Source: Octopus vulgaris
Lineage: Eukaryota
Length of the DNA stretch: 64,000 bases
Assembly: GCA_951406725.2 (NCBI GenBank)
Contig: OX597821.1
Location: 62,620,001-62,684,000 of the forward strand
Reading direction: 5' to 3'
Position numbers and translations under genes: made by a program. Positions 27,165 to 38,708 of the stretch are shown piece after piece; positions within the stretch are counted from its first letter, which is position 1, and the number at the start of each line of letters is the position of its first letter. The notes under the pieces are model-generated. The model did not search any database. It saw nothing but the letters and a program-made list of their open reading frames with translations, and was not told where the DNA came from.

Positions 27165-27214
27165 GGACGTAGTGGTTAAGAGCGCCGGCTTCTAACCCCA
27201 AGATTCCTAGTTCA
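27165..27214 (+). mobile_element. tRNA-like SINE head fragment
   Basis: gacgtagtggttaagagcgccggcttctaaccccaagattcctagttca: A-box, Arg(TCT)-like anticodon loop cttctaa, truncated at the B-box. Confidence 0.6.
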
Positions 27215-27767
27215 TAGAGGAGGCTACATTTTTCAAACTTCTCTTCCTTTTATAAGATTGTATGTGAGCTTTATGGTAGTCTTGTCTTGTATAAGTATCA
27301 GACGTAGTAAATCTATAATGACCCCTACCACTCTATCGATCTTAGTGGTGCATTCGGTACCTCAGAATGTTTACAGTACAATGACTTTTATAGAATATAA
27401 CAAATAAATTTCTATGAAAACAGTTTTAGATTTATAGACGCCTTTTTCTCTGTCTATGCTTGAATTATTTGCCATTGAGTTTACGTGTAAATATATTTAA
27501 AGTGGCAAAATCTATATTCTAGACGTTATTTTTCACAGACGGAATTTACATAAGTTTTCCTCAAATCGAAAGAATCTCACAAAAACGAGAAAACCAAATT
27601 ATAAAACCCCGTAAATGTTGTTAAATTCCAAACAGTCTCTTTTCTGTTTATGTTGTGACATTTATTGATTATTTCAATTTTAAATTGTTTTATCAATGAG
27701 TACAGATTTACGCAAAACATGATCGTTTTGTATTCAAATATTTCGAAAGTGTTATTGATTAATGAAG

Positions 27768-27817
<50 letters not shown>

Positions 27818-27828
27818 TAAATAAATAA

Positions 27829-27933
<105 letters not shown>

Positions 27934-28266
27934 GGTATGTATATATACTTATGCAGATACATGCGGAATTACATCCATACATAAATACCAAAGAATATTT
28001 ATACGTATACGTACACATATGTATGTGTTTATAACACACACACACACACACATATATAAATATATAAGGGGAAAAAGACACACAGACACACACGCGTATA
28101 TATAATGGAAAAATTCTACAAAATGTGTAAATGGAGGATAAGTAAAGCACCGGCATCGTTTCGATTCCCTGTTGTCATCCGTAGATTTACTGCAGGAACT
28201 ACGAAGTGGCGGTTGGGTTAACAGTATTAAGAAAATAGGAGATGGAATGTGTAATGAATTTATTGG

Positions 28267-28308
28267 GTACAACACATGTTTCGACCCGTTCTGGGCCTCT
28301 TTAGGTGC
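28267..28308 (-). ncRNA. Degenerate hammerhead motif
   Basis: gcac CUAAAGA ggccc agaac ggguc GAAAC augu GUU guac; G5->A substitution. Confidence 0.55.
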
Positions 28309-28322
28309 ATCAAGGTAAAATC

Positions 28323-28430
28323 TCACTAGAGATTACTTGTGCCGGCTTACGTATGGCTATATGCCCATCAAATTCTCGAATTTCATGGACATAGAGCGGT
28401 ACGTAAGCCAACTGAAGAAATGTCTAGTGA
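28323..28430. repeat. Imperfect hairpin adjacent to the hammerhead motif
   Basis: tcactaga/tctagtga, ggcttacgta/tacgtaagcc, centre aaattc-tc-gaattt. Confidence 0.7.
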
Positions 28431-30027
28431 CACCACACATTTAATATGACTTTATGTAGTCATTTATATGATTTTAATAAACCCAATATTTGCTTAAGAA
28501 TGCATAAACATGCACTTAATGTGAAATTGCAGTCGAAATATTTATAAGTTATTGATTTCACAGAAGATATCAGGAAAAAAAAGGTATTTTATGTATGTGT
28601 TACAGTCAAAAGTTTCAAATTTGAATATTAATTAAAATACAAATTTTGTACTGCCATTAAAATTATAATTATTCATATATTTAAATTTAGAATTTATATA
28701 GCCTTGTGTTGTTATATCTTGATTTCACTCATCCATCATTAAATGGAAGATATCTAAACTTAATACTTAGGTGCATATGTTTTCTTTGATAAAAATATAT
28801 TTGTCAATCGTCGATATTATTTTACATAAAATATTCTTATAAAAAACATTTACGAATACTGTCAGAACGATATCATGGAAGCAATTATTTCACCATGATC
28901 AAAGTCTTATTTATTCTTACCATACGCTTATGTTTCATAAATATCATTGAATAGTATAAGCTATTCTAAATATATTTTTAATTTTTTAATCATAGAAAAT
29001 AACTGTTTCCAGTGAGGTATACTTCTTTATCTATCTATATACCTATCTTTATCTCTCCCCTTCATGTATCTGTCTGTCCGTCTGTCTCTCTCTCTGTATA
29101 TATATATATATAAAGATATAGACACACACACATACACATATATATATATAATATATATATAATTTTGAAAATTTAACAAAATTAGTTATTCTGTACTTGA
29201 TATAGGTTACTCACAGATTTTTGTTTTTAATTTAGCTGTTGTCCTCGATACAAGTTTATCAATTTCAAATAGACGAAAAAATATAAAATAAATACTATAT
29301 GCATTTGTTTTGGTTTTATTTAATTTTTAAAAAATTTCTAAAAGAACATTTACACTTTTCCAGTAATAGTGAATTAAATTCCTAGAAATTAACTAAATGT
29401 TATTTGTAATAAATATGCATTAATATGCACATTGCCAAGCACATTTTTGTTTAGCAAACAGGGTGTATAGATTCATTGGGTTATTTAATATATTCATTGA
29501 GTTATTTATTATATTTAGTATAGGATATGTCATTCTATAAATATACGATTTACTGTTATAATACTATATATTCCTACTCTAAATCTCACATCTGATAACG
29601 ACAATAATGTGGCCTATTTCTTATATTTCAAATTTTGGATAATAGATGTCATGAATATCATTAAGAAGGTGCTTGAAATATATTTCAAGTTAACGCATTT
29701 TGAAGTGGTCTGCATGACATATATTGTAACATTACAAAATTATTCTCGTGCAAAATTTTACTAAAGTATGGCATTAAAAGTAGACACATTTGAAGTTAGA
29801 AAACAACAGCTTGACATGAAAGTAATCAGTCTAAACGAGATATCATTCAAATATTCAAAAACTTTTATATATTGTTAGCGTTTATTGTTGTTGTTTAAAT
29901 TCATGGCTAGAGCTTTTTAACAATTTTCGTGCCAAAATATATAGGTTTCTTTTCATATGTACAGTAAGCCACTTTGCTTTGCAGATGAAGACTTAATTTG
30001 TTGGCTAGGCCGAAATATCTTGAATAC

Positions 30028-30175
30028 GTGTGGTAAGTAGCTTGCTTACCAACCACATGGTTCCGTGATCAGTCCCACTCTGTGGCATCCTGGGCAAGTG
30101 ATTTCTACTATAGCCTCGGGCAGACCAAAGCCTTGTGAGTGGATTTGGTAGGCGGAAACTGAAAGAAGCCCGTCG

Positions 30176-30242
<67 letters not shown>

Positions 30243-30435
30243 ATATATATACGTTTGTGTGCGTTTGTCCCCCAACATCGCTTGACAACCGACGCTGGTG
30301 TGTTTGCGTCCCCATAAAAAATACCGATAGAACAAGTACTAGGATTACAAAGAAAACGTCCTAGGGTCGATTTGCTCAACTAAAGGTGATGCTCCAGCAT
30401 GGTCGCAGTCAAATGACTGAAACAAGTAAAAGAGA
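30028..30435 (+). mobile_element. SINE family A
   Basis: gtgtggtaagtagcttgcttaccaaccacatgg...ctgggcaagt...(TA)n(TG)n...aaatgactgaaacaagtaaaagag. Confidence 0.95.
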
Positions 30436-30816
30436 GTAACAGAGGGATGTTGCAAGAAGAAGGAACATGTTACCTATTATCAGAGAGGTTGTTCATTCCA
30501 TATTTTGAATTGTCATAATGTTTGTGCATAAACATCAACACACATACGCAAGCGGATTCACATACTTATACATTCCTCTGTGCGAGCACGGATGCGTAAT
30601 GTGTTCTCTGATTTTGACAGATCAATTTCACCATTTGAATACGTTGTGATGTGTCATATTTTCCTATAATTAGTTTGCAGGACCTAGTCCATAAAATCTG
30701 TGAGAAGAAAATAGAAGAATTAACAAAGATTTCAACACTTCAGTAACTTTGGGGGCTATCCTATACATCCATCCATCTATCCATCCATCCATACATACAT
30801 ACATACATACATACAT

Positions 30817-30878
<62 letters not shown>

Positions 30879-31005
30879 GAAATCTGAAGAATCCACAAGA
30901 GTGGATGCAAGCGCTAGTTATATGATTTATAAAAACATGTGACGTATTAATAAAATTCTGTATGTGCAAAACCATCCAGATTTCTGAGTACCTTATTCCT
31001 TCTAA

Positions 31006-31071
<66 letters not shown>

Positions 31072-31842
31072 AATATATATGCGTGTGTGTGCAGGTTTGC
31101 GTGCACGTGTGCGTGCATTGGGATATGTTCAGTATTCAACCGAGGTAAATTAATAAGAATTAATATTATTTAATTCGGAGGGTGGATTTACTTTACTCGA
31201 ACATGAAGTCTGTTTCATACTACTTAATGTTTGTTGTCCAAACGTCGAATGTGAGAAGCTAGGTATTATACGCAAAATTATTTCAAAGAAATCTTCAAAA
31301 TGGATAAACGTAGTTCCTAATCAAACAAGAATTGGTATTGAGGAGCACATCTTTATATTGCTTGTCCCATTTTCTCATATTCAGTATCATGTGAAGAAAC
31401 ACGTGATGTATACTTCTAGTCAGTATGATGCTCAAAATTTAAATCAGAAGGAAATTTACAATTGCTGGGAGAAATGTAAAACAAATTAAGATTACCAAAA
31501 AGCATTTGAAATATACGAATAAGCGTCAGGGTATGACACATGCATTGCTCATCTTAGAAATCTCTGTAAGGGATCAGCAAAATTGATACGTCGTTCAAAC
31601 GTACAAGATATTTCAACAAAATATGAAACACAGTAAGATTAGGTAACTTTTTCAAATTCTGGTAAACAACATATAAGAGAGAATCTTACCTTCTATAATA
31701 GTAATATGTGTATATGTAATTGTTTGTATGAGCAGTGTGTATGTGTTTGAGAGAGAGAGAGAGAGAAAGAGAGAGAGTCTGTTTATTATGTTTCTCTATC
31801 CATCTGTCAATCTCTTTCTTTCTCTCTCTCGTTCTCTATTTC

Positions 31843-31924
<82 letters not shown>

Positions 31925-32330
31925 CACAAGTACACGTATACATTTTCACACGCGCATATATACATATATACATATATACATATATATACATGCATAAACA
32001 CATGCATATATCACGCACATGATACATATAATTCAGAAGCAAGAGCTTAAATTCTTAGGAGAGAAGAAAAGAGGGAAAATTATGTTAATACACATCACAC
32101 TATTTCGACATCCTATACTACAGAACTTTATCTGAGTGACCAGTGCTCTCTCACAAAATGTCTTTATCCCTTAAGACATCACGCGAAGACTAAATTATAT
32201 GTGTTGCATGCTTATGTCATCAAATACGAATAAGTCCATCTGAAATATACTTGGTAGTAGATTGCCATGTTGATATACATATATATATATATATATATAT
32301 TGTGGCGTACGTACATTTTGGGCTCCTTCC

Positions 32331-32406
<76 letters not shown>

Positions 32407-32825
32407 ATGTGTGTGTGTGTGTTTATGTATGTGTGCGTATATATTCATATATATCATATGTGTGAGTGCTTTTGTATGTATCGATGTGTATTTTCATTGA
32501 TTCTCGTCAAATCTCTGTTATTTCATATACACATTGTATGTATGTCTGTGTCTCTGTATGAGGAAGTCGAATTATTCTGCCTCTTATATAAATCATCTTT
32601 CCTCTTTCCGGAGACATATGTCATTACTGTATAAGAAAGTGACTGTAATCCCCATCAAGTATGAATCGCAGGTGCATCCTTAATATTTCCTTCCCGAAAT
32701 TGCAGTTGCAATTCTCCTAATGCTCAGATGAAAGTTGTTACTGAATATTAAAACAAAACAAGAATAAACTACTTTCAAAAGATGTAAGGCTCAGTTACTT
32801 AAACGCTATGACTTAAGACATATGT

Positions 32826-32950
<125 letters not shown>

Positions 32951-33369
32951 ATATAGCTTTCCAACTGTAATTATATGTGTTTTAGAAAGTAATTCGGTGT
33001 ATGCATTCACTGATTCTCATCTCGTTCCCAGGCGAGTGTAAATGTGTCAAGTTTTATTGAAGAACTCGTGATTAAATTCTTTTTTTATGTTCATTATTGA
33101 ATTCAAAACGCTCATACTGCAATGAACCATGTTCACTCCTCTTTCTGCTCTCAGCAATTATTCTGTAGTTTGTGAACTTGTTCGTGTGACTTCCTATTAA
33201 ATATCCATTAACCCGCCATATAATAAAAAGGAATCCTTCTGCGGACATAACTGAGTGAAGCATATACTAAATAAAATCTTAAACGATTTAGCATCAAGCA
33301 CAAATGTTGTAAAAATTTCCCTATTTCAGAATTCTCTTTCAATCAGAATTGATATTTTTTGACATATAA

Positions 33370-34213
33370 CAAGGTGCATTCGAAAAGTTTGAGACGTGTG
33401 CCAGTGAGACATTTATTTATTCCCAAGACATACAAAATTATATTCTCATTCAAAATAGGATCCCCTAGCTTCATTGCACTTGCAGCGTTCCAGGCACGTC
33501 GTGAAGTCCCCATTGAAATTCACCAAAGAAAGGGTGTCCATGACTCCTGCCACAGCCTTTCAATGTCGACATCTTCTCAATGCCTTCAAACTGACTTCAG
33601 TTGAAGATCGACTAACAGTGGTATGGAGCAAGGTGTTCACTGTAAGATGTGCGGGGTGCAGTTTCGATGCCAATCTCTCTCCAATAGTTGGTTATCAAGG
33701 TGGAATTCTCGACTGTTGAACGGCGAGGAAATTCAAATCTCCCTCAACTCCCTCCAAATCCTCATACGCTTCTTGCCAGAGGAAGCCCAGTGGGTGTACA
33801 TGCCATTGCAACCGAAAAAAGTGGTCAACATGAGCTTCCCGGTGGACATGTTTTGTTTGGCTTCATATGCCAGCAAAATAACAGATGCTCAGCTACTACA
33901 AGTTAATACATAAGCTATGTAGAGTATTTTATAAGTTTCTGTAGCATTTTTGCCCAGTTTAACAAAATGTTTTGCATAGCGTGCTTCACAAGTGTCATCA
34001 CGTGCCGGATTGCCTTCTTCAAACTAGTCAGTAGCGTTTAGTAGGGTGTGCTCAAAGTGCCGTTACAGCTTTCTCCTATAATCTGGAATATCAAAATTTA
34101 CAGGTCAGCTTATTTGATGTATAGCAATAATATACTAAATTTACGATAACTCAGACCAGTTATAACAGTCACTCTTAGAAAAAAATGTTTCAAAACATCT
34201 GGAATGAACCTTG
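33370..34213 (-). mobile_element. Decayed, internally deleted Tc1/mariner (mariner-type) DNA transposon
   Basis: Imperfect TIRs caaggtgcattcgaaaagtttgagac / revcomp caaggttcattccagatgttttgaaac; TA at the right flank; transposase remnant inside. Confidence 0.82.
33446..33852 (-). pseudogene. Mariner transposase C-terminal remnant (frameshifted)
   Basis: Minus-strand fragments STGKLMLTTFFGCNG (cf. mariner GKVMLxVFFDxxG), GIETAPRTSYSEHLAP (cf. HPPYSPDLAP) and ERCKCNEARGSYFE* (cf. KCIxxxGxYFE*). Confidence 0.82.
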
Positions 34214-34751
34214 TAGCACAATGTCATTGATTACGAATTGGTTCTTCCATCTTCAATGACAATTCATTTTACGTTTAACGTTGTTACCATGCTCTAAACG
34301 GATTGAATATATGACTAGCAAATTAGTACTAACCACTTAAAGGATCCCTTTTTCTCACTAGCACATGATTACTTGCCTTTCCTACTGAAGGCTATTTGTT
34401 CTTAGATATAATTCTTCGGTAATTCTTCTGGCAATGATTCTTGAACATGGCTGTATTTTTCTTTTCCTTTTGTATTCTCATCTAAAACAATGAAGTTGAA
34501 GAATTTGACAAATTAGAAATGAATTTCATTTGCATACTTGAGTTCTCTGGGGCAACTGAATTTTAAATGCGTCTACTTACTAATTAGTGTCAGCTTCATC
34601 TGTTGGTATTGATCACCAAGTGGTTAAAATCCGAAACATTATATTTTTAGTAAACACAGAGGTGGGTATAATTGCGTAGTAACATTTCTGCCAAATATAT
34701 ATATAAATCAATGTTATTTGCCTTTATACTTTATGTAATATATTTTGGATA

Positions 34752-34986
34752 ATAGAGCGGCTAGCTGGCAGAATCGTTAGCATGCCAGGCGAAATGCTTA
34801 GCGGTATTTCGTCTCCCGTTACGTTCTGAGTTCAAATTCCGCCGAGGTCGACTTTGCCTTTCATCCTTTCGGGGTCGATGAAATAAGTACCATTTACGCA
34901 CTGGGGTCGATGTAATCAACTTACTCCCTTTGTCTGTCCTTGTTTGTCCCTTCTATGTTTAGCTCATTGTGGGCAATAAAGAAATA
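34752..34986 (+). mobile_element. SINE family B, full length
   Basis: gctggcagaatcgttagc...gagttcaaattccgccgaggtcgactttgcctttcatcctttcggggtcgatgaaataagtacc; TSD aatatattttggata / aatatatttcggaca. Confidence 0.95.
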
Positions 34987-35057
34987 AATATATTTCGGAC
35001 AGTCTCCTGTCAAATTTCCCATACATACTTTTCAATAGATTGAAATCTTTTAATTTT

Positions 35058-35333
35058 TACTGCATGCTTTAGTCATTAGACTTTGGTCATACTTGAGCAC
35101 CACCTTCAATGGTTAACCCGAACAAATCGACCACAGTAGTTAACATATTCAAGCATAGTACCTATCCTTTTGGTCTTTTTTCTCGACCTGGTAAGTTACG
35201 AGGGATTAAGCAAATGCCAGTTTTCAGTGGTGGTGGGGAGAACATACACTCACTGATATATGTTGTATGAATTCAGAGATATTTGCTTGTAGCTTTTGGC
35301 CTCTGATTTGCTACCACAATGCCTTCTTTCAAC

Positions 35334-35405
<72 letters not shown>

Positions 35406-35408
35406 TAA

Positions 35409-35467
<59 letters not shown>

Positions 35468-35575
35468 TACCTACATAATGGGATTCTTGCAGTTTCTCTC
35501 TACGGATTCCTCTCCCAAGCTATAGTAGAGGGCACTTTCTCAAGATAATACGCAGTGAAACTGAACCCATCACCC
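35058..35575 (-). mobile_element. SINE family A, old copy with expanded (TA)(GA)(GATA) tract
   Basis: ttagtcattagactttggtcatacttgagcaccaccttcaa...aacaaatcgacc...taagttacg...gctatagtagagggcactt. Confidence 0.75.
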
Positions 35576-37394
35576 AGGATTTCGAAAATTTTCATTCACC
35601 GGGAATGAAAATTTCTAAAATATGATGTTAACCGTTTTATATCTCTTATCCAAAGCATATAAAAGATTCAATAGACTAACAATATTAATTACTGCAATTA
35701 CAGCATTTTTTGTTATATATGAGAATGGCTTTTATGGCTGAGATCTGATTTATAGGCACAAAAGCAATGCCTATGTGAATTTGTTATTACATAATAGTAT
35801 ATAAATATGTACATAAGTATATAAATGTGTCTATATGCATTGAAATATTAGTAAATTAAATCTTTTACATACACGATTGTATGTACGCAATTACCATTTA
35901 GAAATATACTGCGAGATTGCTAAAGACATTTCACATATCAATCGAATGACCTTATACTATATTAATATCTACACATAAAGTTGAGGTCTGTTCCATATTA
36001 CATTTAATTGCCTAATTAGTGTCCATCCGTACATAAAACAACTTTTTGATGATTTTTTCATCATATAAGATGCTAGTCTATAATGCAATGTCTGAAAATT
36101 GTATAAAAAAGAACTGGAAATATAATTTAATAATTCCTGAGTATACGCACGGTGCGCTAAGTATTTGGCACGTTATAATTTGCTACAATCATCTGAAGTA
36201 TATTAGGGTTCATTTACACGTTATCTGTAGCGAAAGAATCCGGTTTCATGTAACGGTGATCCCGAACTCCATTACATAATATAGGCGTAGAAGCGATAAT
36301 AAAGATCTGAATTAATTCAAACAAATTGTCTCGTAACAGATTATTAATAGCCCATAAAGAATGGTGTGTCTTTCTTCGGATCAATGATTAAAAAATTGGT
36401 GATCTCATAAATGAGCATAACTGTATTAACATTGTATTTGGACAATGGCGATGAAACATCAAACTGGGAATAATATGATATTGTTAAACTGACCAATGTA
36501 GATGAATAAATATAGCACATTTATTTACATCAATGCTTATAATGCAACAGTATAGAGATTGAGAAGAAAGAGCATGAATATCATATAATCATTACAGTAG
36601 CAGATCGAACAACATTTTTCATTCAGAATATTATTTTATACGATGTACTTTCTGTGTCAATTAGCATAATATATAGCCATAATCATAGAAAGAATTATAA
36701 AATTGATATGGGTATATAAGCATAATATTCCCACATATAAACAAAATATGACAGTGAAAAAGATGCTACGCATATAAGCACGCCTTTAGGAAACCCGACT
36801 ATATTACATACCTCATTAAAATATCTCATATAATGGAATCTGTCATTACATTTCAATAATAACTTTTGATTTATTGACGACGGTATTCAATAAATACTCT
36901 AAGATATTACTTGAAATAAGAGAGAAATTCAGTAAAATTTGGATGATATTCCCAATTTTATCATTAACTATTATAACAGGAATGAAATAACGCCTCATAA
37001 TATATGTTTAGCATTATATCATATGAGATTGCTGCCGTCAGCTTCCAGACATTAATTTTTTTGTGTATGTGTGGTGGTGCTGTTGATGGCAGGGAAGTGA
37101 GCAATATTTGTGAAATATTAACCATCTCATTGAATAGAAGCTGCGATTTCGTATTCTTCGAAATTAACTGATCAGAGACGTTTATTTTAGCAACTTATTT
37201 CATCCTGCAAATGGACATATATACGACTTGGGTATTGATTTACATCTATAACACTATATTACCTGTAGTGCTGTGCTTTGAGATGATTTTATCTGATTCA
37301 CTAGATTTAATGACACAAAAGTTAAATTTTATCTTCGATACCAGATTAACGGGAGATATTCTGGTTTTTACACCTAAATCAACTATGCCATGAA

Positions 37395-37570
37395 AGACAT
37401 TACCTGTCTTTATGGCAGGCAGGATTTATCGTCTTAATTCAAATCCCGTGGCGGTCAAGTTATTCTTCCTATCTTTCGGAATCGTTAAAATACAGTGCAA
37501 GTGATATATTGGTGTTAATGTAATCGACTTTCTCTCACACCTGCAATTCCTTGTCATGTGCCTATTTTAG
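37395..37570 (+). mobile_element. SINE family B, highly diverged
   Basis: aattcaaatcccgtggcggtcaagttattcttcctatctttcggaatcgttaaaatacagtgc...atgtaatcgactt. Confidence 0.6.
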
Positions 37571-38095
37571 CCGTTATTATTACAGACAAGATTTATGTCT
37601 TGACTGCAAAAAAAGAAGAAAGATCTTAAGGAGGTGGCTTAAGTGAGTCATGTATTTTACAAATCTCTTATTGTTCCTACATTTTAATTTTACTTAAGAC
37701 ATGTATTTTCTAATTGCTTGTTAAATCTATGAATCCATTCTACATCTGTTAAATGAATGAAATATGCATCGACATTTTTGTGGCCATTCTGAATATTATT
37801 CCAGATACAATAGTTCGATATTCTTCTAAGAATTATAGACGATGTTCTTGAATTATTCTTTTCATTTTAGACCTTGACTATTATATGCATTCTTGAAAAG
37901 TAGTGTTAGCGTACAATCACTGGCTTCTGAATATGAGACGATCTGTGAAGAAATATTTGTTGATACATATTGTTATGTATATTTCTAAGTATTATATGAC
38001 TAAAAACAAAAAGGTATTGATTGTATACTTCCGAGAAAATCTGATGATTTTTTTCTTGCAGTATTTTCTGTATCTAAGAAATACATTGTTTAATA

Positions 38096-38708
38096 ATTAC
38101 ATGGAAAAATGAGAGCGAGAGAAATAATATTCTTAAGATTAGAAAACCTGGAAAATTTCAGGAAAAATTATGACATCTGGTAAAGTACAGAACAAAAACA
38201 AATGTTTACTTAAGATATTGCTGCTAAGGATAAAACTTCAAATAAAATATTTAGATTTAGAAAATATTAGGTTTCATTAAAACTAAAATTTTGATTGAAA
38301 TATTGCCTACGTTATTGCCAAGTCTTCACACTTTTAGTCATGACCCAATGCCTATTTTTTATATAATGAATTTACCTACCATATATATACTATTTACTTA
38401 GCATAAAACTTTAGCTATATTGATAATTCTGGCTCTCATTTTTTAAGTATTCTAATCGCTCAATATTTTAACAAAATGATGGTACTTTTATTAAATGTAA
38501 TGTTACTATGTAAATTAAAATCAAATAATTTTTCATATTGAAATTTTATCTTTAGCTGCAATATTTCAAGTAAAAGTTTTCTTGTTCTGTACTTTACCAG
38601 ATGTAATAACTTGTCCTAAACTTTTCCAAATGTTTTAACTTGTCCTTTACTTTTCCATGTTTATAATCTTAGAATATTATTTCACTAGGTCGCATTTTTC
38701 CACGTAAT
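38096..38708. mobile_element. Old long-TIR foldback DNA element (MITE-like)
   Basis: attac(a/g)tggaaaaatg...gaaataatattct...acatctggtaaagtacagaacaa...gataaaa.ttcaa at the left is mirrored by ttgaaattttatc...ttgttctgtactttaccagatgt...agaatattatttc...catttttccacgtaat. Confidence 0.8.

Noticed and set aside
35586-35614. Short AT-rich hairpins and palindromes (also 11512, 40358, 50647, 53084)
   Set aside because: 11-16-bp stems are plausible by chance in AT-rich DNA; no further support
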